A stretch of DNA of 64,000 nt from Felis catus (Eukaryota). This document shows, in pieces, positions 22,291-35,632 of the stretch (position 1 is its first letter; each line of letters starts with the position of its first letter). Under the pieces are notes generated by a model. That model saw nothing but the letters and a program-made list of their open reading frames with translations, searched no databases and was not told the origin of the DNA. Both the position numbers and the translations under genes were made by a program. The DNA lies in contig NC_058368.1 of the NCBI RefSeq assembly GCF_018350175.1, positions 234,920,001-234,984,000 on the forward strand. The letters run 5' to 3'.

Positions 22291-24762
22291 AAAGGAAGAA
22301 TCAACACCAATTCTTTATAAACTATTCCAAAAAACAGAGCATGGAGCATTTTTCAACCCATTCTCTGAGGCTGGTATTACCCTGATACCAAAATCAGAAA
22401 AAGACCTTAAAACGAAGAAGCTATAGACCAATATCTCTTATGAATGCAGTGCAGAATTCCTCAAGAAAACATGGCACACTGTCTCCAGGAAGACACCAGA
22501 AGGATCCCACACGCTGATCGGTGGGGTGTCACCTGGAAATGTCAGGTTGGTTTAACATCCGAAAGTCAATTAATTTTGTCAATTAACAGAATAAAGACAA
22601 AACCCACAAGACTCTCTCAGTAGAGGCAGAAAAATCAGTTGATAAAAATTCAACAGCTCTTCATGATAAAAACACTCAACAACTAAGGATTGAAGGGAAG
22701 TCTCAATCTGACCAAGGGCATCTGGGAAAAACTCCCATAACATCACATTTAACAATGAAGCACCAAATGCTTTCCCCTAAACCCAGATATGACATGCATC
22801 TTTGATCACATGACTTCAGTCCAGCGCTGTACTGGGCGCTCCAGCCACGGCAGTTACATAAGACAATTGCACATAAAGTTGGCAGATTAAACAGGAAAAA
22901 AAATTATATCATCTCCCTTTGAAGATGATATAATATTATACACACCACCTCTGAGAGAATCCACTAAAAATTATTGGAGTAAACACATTCACCAAGGTCG
23001 CACGTTACATATTCAATACACAAGAATCAATTCTATTTATATAAACTGTCAATAAAAAAACTGAAAATAAAATTTGGAAAAACAATTCCACTTCTACTAG
23101 CATTAGAAAGAATAAAGTATTCAGAAAAATGTAGCAAAAGTAGTTCAAAACTTACAGCCTAAAAACTATAAAACCCTGTTGAAAGAAATTAAAGTAGACC
23201 TACAGAAATGGAAAGATAAGCCATGTTCACCGATCAGATTTAATGTTATTAAGATGGCAGTATTTTCCAAATCGATCCATAGATTCAACACAATCCCTAT
23301 TAAGATCTCAGCTGGCTTTCTTTTTTTTTTGCAGAAATTGACAAGCTGATCCTAAGATTCGTACAGAAATTCAAGAAATTCAAGAATATCCAAAACAATC
23401 TGGGAAAAGAAACCTCCTAATTTCAAAACCTACTACAAAGCAAAAATAATGAAGATAGTGTGGTATTGGCATCATCACAGACTTCTAGATCAATGAAATA
23501 GAACTGAGCCCAGAAATAAACCTTAGCATTCTTGGTCAATAGACTTTTTACCAAGGGCACCAAGACAATTTAATGGGGGCAAGAATAGTCTTCAATAAAT
23601 GGCTTTCAGGCAACTGGACATCCATACACAATAGAATGAATTTGGATCCCTCATACATATATATAAGCACACATATAGAAAAATTAACTCAAAGTGAATC
23701 AAAGCCCTTAATGTAAAAGCTAAAGCTATAAAACCCTTACGAGAAGCTCAGCCTTGGATTAGTTAGATATACCAGCCAAAACATAAGTAACAACAACAAA
23801 AATGAGATAAACTGAACTTCATAAAAATTTAAAACTTTTGTGCTTCAAAAGATATTATCAATAAGGTAAAAAAAAAAAAAAAAAAAAAAAAAGAAGAAGA
23901 CCCGGCAGAATGGGAGAAAATTTTTTGCAAATCATATTCTGTTAAGGGACTTGTACCCAATAACATGTAAAAACGCAACTCAAAAATAAAAAGACAAATA
24001 ATCTGCTGTAGAAATGAACAAGGTACACAAATAGAAATTTCTCCAAAAACACAATACGCAAATGACCAATAAGCACAGGAAAAGAGGCTCACCGTCATTG
24101 CCATCAGAGAAATACAAATAAAAACCACATTGAGATATCACTTTACACCCACAAGAATGACTACAATCAAAAAGACAGATAGTAACACGTGAGGATAGGG
24201 AGAGAGTGGAACCCTCCCACACTGCTGTTGGGAATGAACTATGGTGCAGTTTCTTTGGGAGACAGCCTGGCAGTTTCCTGAAATGCCCCTGATAGTTACG
24301 TACTTAATAAAAATGAAATTGTGTGTCCACTCAGAATCTGGTACGCTGATGTTCATTATTAACGACAGCCAAAAAGGGGCAGTAGACCGAGTGTCCAGCC
24401 ACTGATGAAGTGAAACATAAACTGTGGTACATCCAGACAACAGAACATTATGCCGCAATGAAATAAGTGAAGGAATGATTCACGACAGTATAGGAACAAA
24501 CTTCGAAAACATGCTGGATGGAAGAATCTAGTTACAAAAGACCACATATTCCATGACTCTATTTCTGTAAAATTTCTGGAATCTATTGTGATAAAAAGTA
24601 GATTAGTGGTTATCCACAGTGGGGTTAGGGGAATTTGGGAGTAATGGGGAATTCACTGGGGATGCAAAAGGCGCTTCTTTTGGGGGCGATAGAAATGTTC
24701 TAAAATGGTGGTGATGGTCACACCAGTCGAAATACACTACATACTCTTGAACTGTACGGTTT
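22291..24762 (+). mobile_element. 5'-truncated old L1 (L1MB-like): decayed ORF2 RT/C-terminus plus 3'UTR
   Basis: cctgataccaaaatcag..ctatagaccaatatctcttatgaatg encodes the LIPK..YRPISLMN motif; frameshifted and stop-ridden; 3'UTR tgggggcgatagaaatgttctaaaa. Confidence 0.9.
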
Positions 24763-24764
24763 AC

Positions 24765-25625
24765 TTTTATTTTTAGATTTTTATTGAGGTAAAATTGACA
24801 TATATTAGTTTCATAATGATTTGATGTTTGTATATATTGCAATATGACCACCACGGTAAGCATATTTAACATCCGTCACCAAAAATAGTTACGAAAAGTT
24901 TTTTTCTTGTGATGAGAACTTTTTTCTCAATTCCAGTGTAGCTAACGCACAGTGTTATATTAGTTTCAAGCTTACAGTATAATAATTCAACAGTTCGATA
25001 TGTTACTCAGGTCTCGTTACGGTAAGTCAACTCTTTCCTCCGCTCCCCTCTGGTAACCATCAGTTTGTTGTCTAGAGTTGAGTCTGTTTCTTTGTTTCTC
25101 TCCCTTTTTTTTTCCTTTGTTTTATTTCTTAAATTCCACATGGTGAGGGAAATCATATGGCATTTGTCTTTCTCTGGCTTCTTTCCCTTAGCATAAGACC
25201 CTCTAGATCCAGTGATGAGATCTTTTAAGAACTACTCTTATAGCAACCTTTAAATATGTATTACTGTATTATTAATTATAGTTGCCATGCTGTACATTAT
25301 ATCCTCTTGGTTTATTTGTTTTATAATTGGAAGTTTCTGTCTTTATAGTTTATGCCTGTATATTTATCACTAGCACTTTATAATATTCCATTGTATATTA
25401 TATATCCATTGTGTGTGTATATTGTATACATACATATATATATATATATATGTATACTGTATATATACGTTTCTTTACTCTTTTCCATTCATCCATTGAT
25501 GAATACTTAGGTCGTTCCCATGTGTTGGCTCTTGTGAATAATACTGCTATTACTACGGAGGTAGAGATGTCTTTTCGAGTTAGTGTTTTCTTCAGATAAA
25601 TACCCAGGAGTAGAATTGCTCAATT
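24765..25625 (-). mobile_element. L1 3' end (L1MA9/L1_Carn-like), interrupted
   Basis: tttattgaggtaaaattgaca..catccgtcacc..gtgatgagaactttt..ccattcatccattgatgaatacttaggtcgttcca..atacccaggagtagaattgct. Confidence 0.8.
24925..25211 (-). mobile_element. Younger carnivore L1 3' fragment nested in L1
   Basis: cccctctggtaaccatcagtttgt..ttaaattccacat..gaaatcatatggcatttgtctttctct; TSD gtgatgagaactttt / gtgatgagatctttt. Confidence 0.8.
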
Positions 25626-26580
25626 ACATCTGAAGCCTTTTTCGTTTTTGTCTGAAGGAAAAGAAAGCTCAGTAGACCGGTTCCCGCATACTTAGTGGCG
25701 GTAGGTCAGCTGCTATGGGAATGATTGGAAAGGCAGGGCAAATGTAAAAAAGAGTTCACACCCTCAGTTCACACCTTTGATTTGTAAGGTCAGCTCTGTT
25801 CCAGAACAAAATAAAATGAAGCTTGCTTTGCGAGACCCTAGGATCATTCTGAAGGTGCCAATTAAACCCCAGCGGGGGTCTGGGATGCTGGCTGACTTCT
25901 GTGGCACCTACAGCATCTGTGAAGACGTCCCCTCTCAAGTTTGGTTGGCCTGTGGCCTGCGAGGACCCTTTGGTTTGTGAGAGTCATTCCTGCCTGGTCC
26001 TAGTGTTCCAGAAAAACGAGGCCCGCATCTGTGTGTCTGGGAGCAGAGTGGACCAGTGTCCTGGGTTTAAGCAGTGATCCGGGTATCTGCGAATGCAGCA
26101 GAGTCCCCGCAAACTTCTCTCGATTTGAAAATATTTGTGGCACGGCCTGAGTTCCTCCCTGAAAAGGAAAAGAAACTAAAAATGCACACTTCTGTTGGCT
26201 TTTGTATATCTGAATGCTTAAAAAAACCAAACGCTCGAATAGTTTCTAAACCCGGGTTTCTGAGCGTGTGGCACTTGATAAATTCACCTGACTGGCCATC
26301 GTTTGACCCCTGAGGGTGCTCCTTACGCTGGAGGGCATGCTTCTCTTCTGAAACACTGAGAAGCCAGCCGTGTGTCACTTCATGCAGGCCACCTCCCGGG
26401 CCCTGGCTGAGGCTAGGATGGGCACCCAAGGAGCAGGTGAAGAAAACACAGTGATAGCAGATTCCTTTCCCATTCCCACGTGTAGAGCAAGCAGCAAAGA
26501 AACAGGGATCAAAGATGCACGTTTCCTCGATGCCTCGCAAATGGGGAAGAGAGCTCATTGGTCTTGAAAAAGCATCAGAG

Positions 26581-27021
26581 CCTAAATGTCCATCCACTGA
26601 TGAATGGATAAAGAAATTGTGGTTTATATACACAATGGAATACTACGTGGCGATGAGAAAGAATGAAATATGGCCTTTTGTAGCAACGTGGACGGAACTG
26701 GAGAGCGTGATGCTAAGTGAAATAAGTCATAGAGAGAAAGACAGGTACCATATGTTTTCAGTCTTATGTGGATCCTGAGAAACTTGACAGAAGACCATGG
26801 AGGAGGGGAAGGAAAAAAAAAAAAGTTAGAGAGGGAGGGAGCCAAACCATAAGAGACTCTTAAAAACTGAGAACAAACTGAGGGTTGATGGGGGGTGGGA
26901 GGGAGGGGAGGGTAGGTGATGGGTATTGAAGAGGACATCTTTTGGGATGAGCACTGGGTGTTGTATGGAAACCAATTTGACAATAAATTTCATATATTAA
27001 AAAAAAAGAAGGAAAAAAAGA
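26581..27021 (+). mobile_element. Young 5'-truncated feline L1 (ORF2 C-terminus, 3'UTR, polyA)
   Basis: Open frame PKCPSTDEWIKKLWFIYTMEYYVAMRKNEIWPFVATWTELESVMLSEIS..HMFSVLCGS*; perfect 15-bp TSD gaaaaagcatcagag (26566-26580 / 27022-27036). Confidence 0.97.
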
Positions 27022-27646
27022 GAAAAAGCATCAGAGGACTGAAGCCTCGTGTTCAGCACCCAGAGGCAGTTCGGGGAAGGCCCGGTCTCTTCCCAAAGGC
27101 CTGGGGACTTTGGGAACGGTGGCCTTTCCACCGTCAACAGCCATGCTGCTGGTCTATGCTACTAGTCCTGAACGCACAGTGGCTGGGGCCTTTGGCAGAG
27201 GAAAGGAAAATAAAACGAAACATGAACTCTAAACGTTCAGATGTTTAGGGGGGCTTATGAGCCAGAAGTTTCCCCAGGTGATAGAACAGTTGTCTCACTA
27301 CAAACCAAACTTGGAAACACGTTGCAGACACAGTGGGAGGACCAGTTACTGCGGGGGTGGGGGGGGTCGAAGCAGGAACGTTGTTAAGGAATCTCGCTCG
27401 GTCCCCTCATGATGCGGGGGTGGGGATGTGTCTCCTGAGCTACTTGCTGGACAGAGCAACATCTCTTTTTGAGCACAGGAGCATAGAAACACAGCTTTAC
27501 GGCGCAGAGTTTTGAGAGCATGAGGCCTGCTAAAACTGGCAGTTTCTCCTCGTTTTTCCTGTGAAGAAAATAGACATTTGATTCATGCGTGTGTCCCTAT
27601 CGCAGCCGCTTTGCTGAATTTTACTCTTTTCTTTGCACCGTGGCTC

Positions 27647-27987
27647 TGTCTTCAACGCCCCTGTCTTACACAAAACACCATCCGCTGGTGGCTTTGAAAG
27701 AATTTATATCTCACAGGCTGGAAGTGCAAGATGAGGGCGTCGCCAGAGCCCGTGCAGGGTGAGGACTCCCTTTCTGCTTCACGGCTGTCTTCTCCCTACG
27801 TCCGCATCCACAAGATGGCAGAGGAGAGCCCTCTGGGGTCTCTTCCATCGGGACACGGATCCCACCCACAGGGGCTCCACCCTTGTGACCTAATCACTTC
27901 CAAAGACCCCGTTTCCAAATACCGGCGCGCGGGGGATTGGGTTGCAACATTTGAATTTGGGGGGACACCGACATTCAGCGCATAGCA
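27647..27987 (-). mobile_element. MLT1A-like MaLR LTR
   Basis: aaaacacca..aatttatatctcacag..ggaagtgcaagat..gacctaatcacttccaaagaccc..tgaatttggggggacac..cattcagcgcatagca. Confidence 0.85.
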
Positions 27988-28338
27988 CACACTCACCTTT
28001 TTTCCCATCAGTGGGGCTTTCCGTGTACCGAAAGGATGGTCCTCAGGCTGATGGGACGTGTGCTGTGTGCTTTTGGCTCCTGTAGACAGCCTGAGGGTAC
28101 CTCAAGGAAGAAACGAGGGCTGGGGTTACATTGCAAAACCAAGTTCGTCTCTGTTCCTGTTTGCACCCCCTACGGCTGTTTTTCTGAAAGCTCGTATGTC
28201 ATGGTCATTGCCAAGTGGAAAACTGGCTTTTCTCTACTACCCCTTAGTGTTCACACGGGAGTTTTCACCTCTGCTAATTGCAGATTAATAATGATCAATA
28301 ATAGTACAAAGGGAAACATAATAAATGTGCGCAGTGTT

Positions 28339-28560
28339 GGGACGCCTGGGTGGCGCAGTCGGTTAAGCGTCCGACTTCAGCCAGGTCACGATCTCGCGGT
28401 CCGTGAGTTCGAGCCCCGCGTCGGGCTCTGGGCTGATGGCTCAGAGCCTGGAGCCTGTTTCCGATTCCGTGTCTCCCTCTCTCTCTGCCCCTCCCCCGTT
28501 CATGCTGTCTCTCTCTGTCCCAAAAATAAATAAACGTTGAAAAAAAAAATTAAAAAAAAA
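28339..28560 (+). mobile_element. Young SINEC_Fc-type SINE
   Basis: Near-consensus; 17-bp TSD aaatgtgcgcagtgttg. Confidence 0.97.
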
Positions 28561-31280
28561 TGTGCGCAGTGTTGTATATAATATGCAAAGCAGTCTATGC
28601 GGCAAGCTTATCGTATTATTGTACAATAGTGTTAGCTTCTCCCTGAAACAGAGGATCCGTAACGTTCTCACGAGAATCTTACCTTCAAGTGCAGGGGTTT
28701 TCTGATTCCTTTCCCTCAGAGACCCACCTGGGACAGGACCAGGCGGTGCATTTAGTGGAACAGAGGGGTGTGTTTCCATCCCAAAGAGTGGAGTCAGATT
28801 CAGAGCTCGCTGAAGCCAAGAATACGTCTCAGAGGACGGTCTGAGGAAACCCCTCAGGCTGGAACATTGCACATCAGTGTTTGTTTTTTCCTGCAGAGAA
28901 GATGCCTAAAGCATTGAAGAATTAAGAGCTCCAGAATCGGTGAGTTTTCATGGGGTGGCTCAGCCGTCCTCACGGAGAAATCCCTTCTCTCCTCCCACCA
29001 CACATCTGCCCCTCAGGCGCCCACCCTGTGGCTTGCCCTCTGGTGGAAAGGACAGCACTTGAACTCGGGCTTCCTAGAACTCTGGAATTACAGCACTCTC
29101 ATTTTTCTATATTGTTGCCGTCTTCCTCGACAGTCTTCCCAATGCCCTTCTTGTTGAACTAAGTCATCACGAATCTGTCAAAATGGGGATCATGCTATGT
29201 CTGGCAACACAGCTGCCTTTGCACCTTTAAAAGGTGTTCTTTGCAGTGATTTTCACCCCCAGAGTGCAGGCAGAATGGGAAAGCAGGGAGGCAACGTGAT
29301 GCATCGTGTTGGTGATGTTCATAGGACACCTTCCAAGCAAAGTCCCTGTGGCCAGCCTGGGGTTTGTTGCTAAAGCTGCACAGCCAGTGCCCCGAGCTCC
29401 CGGGGTCCAGTGTCTCCTGAGAGCACTGCAGCCAATAGCTCAGGAAGCCAGTGGGACGGAGCACATGGCGTGATCCAGGACGTATGATGGGGCGGCCAGA
29501 ACGCACACAGAAGGTGGGGCTAGGTCGTCTGAGTCTATACTCATGCCCTTGACTACTGGCATGGTGGAAAATGACAAGCTTCTGAGAAACTCACCTTTAA
29601 GCTGCTTTCAAGGAAATTTTAATGTCTCCGGTTTACTCCAGGCCAGGTGGCCAGTGGGCAAGTGGACAGATTTCTTCTCTTTTCAGCTACACTCCCAGGA
29701 AGATGCAACTAGATGAGGTAAATAGAAGGGTCCCGAATCAAACTCCTCCCCCAAGCACCCTTCCCATTCCGGAGATGCACCCTCTACAAAGTCTACCATT
29801 AGAGATTTGTGCCTTTGACAGTAACACATTCGATGATCACACCTAAAGTATTTCTTGCATCCATGCTCTTGTACTTTAGGATGATCTGTGGGGATGTAGG
29901 TTCTGTGAAGATAGCCCTATTTTCCATTGGGATTGGAGAGGCCAAGTTCAGGAGATTCCTAACTGTTTCACTAGACTAGTACATTGAGCAGGGAAGATAA
30001 TTCTTTCACAGAACATTTAGTATCTGATAGGCCTACAGCAATCTTTATTTTTTTAATTTCAACTTAAAATACCACATTTTTGTATTTTTTAAAACAACTA
30101 TTCCATCAAGAAAATGGTGCAACACTAGATGTATGAGTTACTTTAATTGGCCTTTGAATCCTGTACTCAGAGGGAGTGATCCATCACTTCCCCTCCCAGT
30201 TAGGGAACAGAAGGGGTCTCTCCGGAGGGTACAAGACACATCAAGCCTCTTCATTCTAGATCCATTCTTGGTGAGCAGATGTTCTGGTTGACCGTACCTG
30301 CTCCCGTGAAGTCACGTACTTCAGGTGTCATACTTGTCTAGGCTGTGTCTTTGGTGTCTCTTTGGACTTGGGAGGATAGACGTGGGAAGGACTGGGTCAA
30401 GGTGGAAGGGTGAGAGTGCATTTGCATATGTCTCATATGTTTGGACATAAAGGAACTGCCTCCCTAAACTCAAAGTAGCCCACTTTCAGCTGCCCCTGAT
30501 GAGACACTGCAGGGCTTTTTGTGATATATTGTGCCACCTCGGTCGGGAAGGGGCCACCAAGGCTGCCAAGGCAAGAACTTCTCAGCTACAGCCCATGAAG
30601 AACAATCCGGTGAGTTCTGCCAACTTCAAAGGGAATTTTGGAAGGGGTAGTTGATACTTTGCTGTATCTTTAATCAACATATGCAGAACTGTATGTTCGT
30701 AGAAGCCAAAGACGCCGAGAATTCCCGAGTTCAGTTGTCACATCGGAGAGCAATTGATTTTCACTGTTGAACATTATACTTCGCATGAAAAACACATATG
30801 TGAGTCTTAGATTTCGGTTTGAACCAGGAGTCTCATTTCAAATGTGCCATTCTATCATCAACACACCTTCCGGACATTTTGCTGACCCAGCGTGCTCTTG
30901 AACACTCTCCTTTCAAAGACCGTGCGGCCTCTGATCAATTTTAAAATTAACCATCCACATGGGGAGCTTCGGCATCCTGGGCACTCTCTTCTAGAATCCC
31001 AGTGGTTTGACGAAGTCCCTCTTACGAGCGGAGCCCGGAATGACGAGGGCTCTGTTCCCAACAGTGTCTGCTACCTGCCACCACACCTGCCAGTCGTGGG
31101 GCCCATCGGATCGCACGCAGGTCAGCCCCGTGCTTTGAGCATCGTGCTGCCTGCCTTACCACAGGGGCTTCGCATCTGCCGCCCTCCACAGAAGCCTTTC
31201 TGCACGCCTGGCTTACCCACTTAGCTCAGCTCGATGGTCACAACACTCTCCTTGGATTCTCTCATTAGGCCAATCTCCCC

Positions 31281-31582
31281 TGTTTTACTCCATTCAGGCT
31301 GCTGTCACAGAAACTATAGACTGGGTGGTCTATCCAAGACAGAGGTGTATTGCTCACGGCTCTGGAGGCTGGGAAGTCCAAGGCCAGGGAACCAGCCCAC
31401 TTCCTGTGCCCCCACATGGCAGCAGGGGTGAAAGAGCTTTCTCAGACCTGTCATGGTGGCCCCACCTTCATGACTTTATCTAAAAGGAACTTCCAATGGC
31501 CTTACCTTCAAAGACTATCGTATTGGGTGTTAAGGCTTTACCATATGAATTTTGGCAACCCACAAACATCTGAGCCATAGCA
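31281..31582 (-). mobile_element. MaLR LTR (MLT1A/MST-like)
   Basis: ccattcaggctgctgtcacagaaactatagactgggtgg..tctggaggctgggaagtccaagg..catatgaattttgg..cacaaacatctgagccatagca. Confidence 0.8.
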
Positions 31583-31603
31583 GGTAAACAAGACAGTAGT
31601 CAC

Positions 31604-31811
31604 TTTTTTTTTTTTTTTTGAGAGTGAGAGGGACGGAGAGTGTGAGTGGGAGAGAGGCAGACAGAGAAGGAGAGAGAGAGAGAATCCTAAGCAGACTCCA
31701 CCCTGTCTGTGGGGAACCCGATTTGGGGCTCGATCTTACAAGCTGTGAGGTCATGACCTGAGCCGAAATCGAGAGTCGGATGCTTAACCGACTGAGACAC
31801 CCAGGAGTCCC
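31604..31811 (-). mobile_element. Can-SINE
   Basis: Antisense SINE with poly-T. Confidence 0.92.
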
Positions 31812-33199
31812 GGTAGACACTTTGAATGTTCACTCACTCAGTTCAGCAGAACCTACCTCATGATTCTTGTTAAACTGTTACTAGACCCGTGTTTGTGCCT
31901 GAGGCTGACATTGGCCAGATCATCACACCCTCCCAGACCCCACCTCCACCTTGTGATGGGTTTCTGCTTCCGGGATGGCTCTGTGAAGACAGGACACTGG
32001 AGCAGCTACACAGGAAAGCAAGCAGGTGCTGGACGCCCGGCTGTAGTCCTGTGCCTACAAGGAACATATTTTCCCAATATGGTGTTTCGTTTCTGCTAAT
32101 TCTGATAAATCTCCCCTTTTCTAAGGGTAAGAATTGCTTTCAGTTTTGGCAGCCACGGAACAGAGACTAAGGCTCCCTGCATGGGCAGGGAGCCAGGGGT
32201 GACACCTTTCATGCTGTGGCCTCTTTCCTTCTTGTGTCATTTTAGAAGAGCCTTTCCCTGAGTTCACAGCCCCAAAAACTACATGCCCAGTTTTCCTAGG
32301 ATCTAACTCCTATTTCCAGCTTCCTGCCAGTTGTGTTTTACTCATCTAGTCCATACAGGCCAGTAAGGAGAACAGACTTTTCACAAGTAATCACACGTGC
32401 CATCATCAAATGCGACAAGAGGAGTTAGTGTATGGGCTACGCTGTCTTGTGTTCTCTTGAAGGTCTAAAACCAGCTTGGCATCTGCTTCTCCGTAGACCC
32501 AGATTAACAAAAAAGTATAGACGTTCAGGTAGCACTTGAGACCATAAAAAGAGACAATATTGCTCCGTGTGAAGGTAGAGAAAAGAGCTCAGGTCCTTTT
32601 CTAAAAGAAGAGTGAGCAAGAAATCAGGAATCCCAGGTAAGACAGAAAGCATGCCAAGTGCCAAGCTGGTTTATGCTGTAGAGAATTCCAGAAGACCTCA
32701 GGACCTGGAGGCAGCACTGGTGCTTCTGAAGAGGAAGATGGGGATGATGGAAAATTTGCATCAGAGGCGGTTAGGTTCTTGGAGTCTCTCCCTCCTCTAC
32801 TTCAGCAGAAGACTAGAGATTTCCCCTATGCCAGGCACAATCAGCAGTGAGCCTTACCGAAAACACAGAATCAAGTGAAGGCCACCACTGAGTGGGGAAG
32901 CCAGGCCTTTTGCATTCACCTGTCACCTGCCAGTGGCCCTCCTCATGTACTGAGGCAGGAGACGGGAAGACTTTTTCTAGGGAGACTGGTTCCTGCAACT
33001 GACAGTCAAGGGTTCCTCAGTGCAGTTATTCTGCAACGGAGCCCAGCGCTCTACAAACCGTGCCCATGCAGAGTGCCTCACTCTTAAACACGGCCAGCCA
33101 GCCACTGATGAAGATCTGTGTGGAGGGGCCTATCGTGAAACGCAGAGCTCAGAATAAGCAAACAGGAAAAGAAGGAACTTGGAAGCAACACACAATGCC

Positions 33200-34380
33200 A
33201 AAAGGAGGGGGAAAGAACCTTGTAATAAAACCCATTATAGTTGGTGGGCTTTGAGAGATAAGAGGCTGCAAACATGAATCAAGCTGAGTATACCATAAAA
33301 AGGGGATATTCAGAGAGCAAAAACAATCTCTTGGATATTAAAAATGTTATGGTAGAAATAAAAAAGCAATTCAACTGGCTGGCCAGAAAAAAAAATGAGT
33401 AAATTGGTCAAAAAGTAGAACAAGAAAGCAAAGAAATGAATAACCAAAGTGAAAGGGACAGAAAATTATAAGATTATATAACAGAATGGAAATGTAGTTT
33501 CCAAGATGGATGGACCTAGGCCGCCATATTGAAAGGTCCCATGGAGTTCCTAATATGAAAAGGAAGGCACGCCATCCTAAAGTTTCACAGCACTGATGAT
33601 AAAGACATCAAAGAATGCAAAAAGGCAAAAATACAAATAAAGGAGGGATAATCAGGATGTGACTAACTGCAACAGTAGAGTCACAAAATAATGAAAAGGT
33701 ACTTTCAAATTTCTTTAAATTATTTCCAATTTAAAACTTGATGTTCAGTTGAATGATGAGGTATTTGGACTTGGAAAATATTGCCTTGAAGGATTTTTCT
33801 TAGAGTATAGTTGAGAAGATGCTCCATTAAAACTAGGGACTAATTTTGTTTTTTACCTTAAGTATAAAATGTTGAATACAGGAAACAATTTTCCAAAAAA
33901 AGAAAAGCAAAGACACTGTGAAGGGAAAGCACCATATTACACTGGGGGTAGAAAACAGCCCGGATAGAAGTTTCCAGAGGAGATACATCCAGAAAAGAAA
34001 AAAGAAAATGAGAAAGGAAATTGACGGATTACTTGATGTGTTTGAACCTAATGAGAAGGCATTCTACTTAGCAAGGAAAGCTTAAGGATCAATGACAGAA
34101 ACTTAGAAAATCGAGGAATAGAAAAAAACCTAAGGCAATTATGAACTCAATAGGAAACAAACAGCTGTCTAAGAGACAGGATGTAATCACAAAACAAAGT
34201 CTCAGATGTGAATTTTGACTTCCTGTTAGTAGTTTAAATAGTAAGTGTTTTGTTGGGAGTAGGGCAAGAAGGTGTAAGGGAGACCTAAAACCTCATCTTT
34301 GGTAGCAAATCAATAGTTCATAGCTCAAATGGAAAAGAATCAAGAAATAACTGTATATGTCAATATTTAAAAATATGATA
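33200..34380 (+). mobile_element. HAL1-like / ancient L1 ORF1 remnant
   Basis: A-rich; cttggatattaaaaatgttatggtagaaataaaaaagcaattc..aaaagtagaacaagaaagcaaagaaatgaa..attgaaaggtccca resembles the HAL1 ORF1-like region. Confidence 0.55.
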
Positions 34381-34670
34381 ACATTGTGGTCTTAAAATAC
34401 CATTTCCCACATGAACAAATAGCAATTTTAGCTCTTTTGACATGTTAGCTCTTTAGGACATTTGAAATGATTCTCAATCATCATGTCAACCATTGAGTAA
34501 GACCACCACACCATGGTCAAGGAACTCAGTGGCAAATTTGAAAGTAGAAGCTCTCACTAGCCAAAGATGGGACATTTTGAGTATCAATAGGGTATTTACT
34601 GCAATGGATTGAAACATATAAAAGATGCTTACATCCTTGAGTTCATAAAGATTCTAAAAACGAAAATGCT

Positions 34671-34875
34671 GGAGCACCTGGGTGGCTTAGTCGGTTGAGC
34701 ACCTGACTCTTGATTTCAGCTCAGATTATGATCTCACCATTTGTGGGTTCAAGCCCCCTTCGGGCTCTGCACCGACAGCATGGAGCCTTCTTGGGATTCT
34801 CTCTCTCCCTCTCTTTCTGTCCCTCCCGCACTTGCTCTGTCTCTCAGAATAAATAAGTAAATGTTTTTTAAAAAG
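34671..34875 (+). mobile_element. Can-SINE
   Basis: Full SINE; TSD gaaaatgct. Confidence 0.92.
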
Positions 34876-35430
34876 AAAATGCTAACTGATCGCTGTTGGA
34901 GGATGTTAAGGAGCGAACTCCTTCTTTTGAAAACTGGTAAACCAGGGGGAATCAAACATCCATTCTGACTTTCCATGCGAGGTGTGTCAGTGGACTTCCA
35001 AGCAGTGGAGGGGAAAATTCTCTATATTGAAGCACTCTGGCTCATAAATGAAGACAGAATGATTGAGCTATAATATCATCATTTGTCATCCCTAAAAAAT
35101 GGATAGATCAAATTATTGATCATCAGTGGCTGCTCACATAGCAAAATGAAAGACACCCGGACATTGTGTGCCTTCAGACTGAAGAATGGAGAGCCACCTT
35201 TGAAGTAGTCTTGTGGAGAAAAAAAAATGAAACCTGAATTTGACCAAGTGTCTAGCTCCATTTATCAAGTGGTAGGAATACAGAGGACCCTGCTAAATGG
35301 TACCATGGGTTTCAATCAACAAAATCCAGAATCTGGGAAACTCTATAGGACAAATATCCTGATTTCTTTAACTAATAAGTTGAGAGGAAACAGACAAGAG
35401 ATGAAGAGAGAGTTTATAAATTAAAAGAGA

Positions 35431-35632
35431 TTTTTCTTTAAAAATATTTATTTATTTTGAGAGACAGAGTGAGCAGAGGAGGGGCAGAGAGAGAGAGAGA
35501 GAGAATTCCAAACAGGCTTCATGCTGTCAGCACAGAGCCTAACGCGGGGCTTGAACTCACAAACAGTGAGATCATGACTCGAGCTGAAATCACGAGTGGG
35601 GTGCTCCACCCACTGAGCCACCCAGGGTCCCC
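35431..35632 (-). mobile_element. Can-SINE
   Basis: Full SINE; TSD aaaagaga. Confidence 0.92.

Noticed and set aside
26515..26778. 87-aa ORF with real protein similarity
   Set aside because: It is the C-terminal stub of L1 ORF2 in a 5'-truncated insertion, fused by chance to upstream flank.
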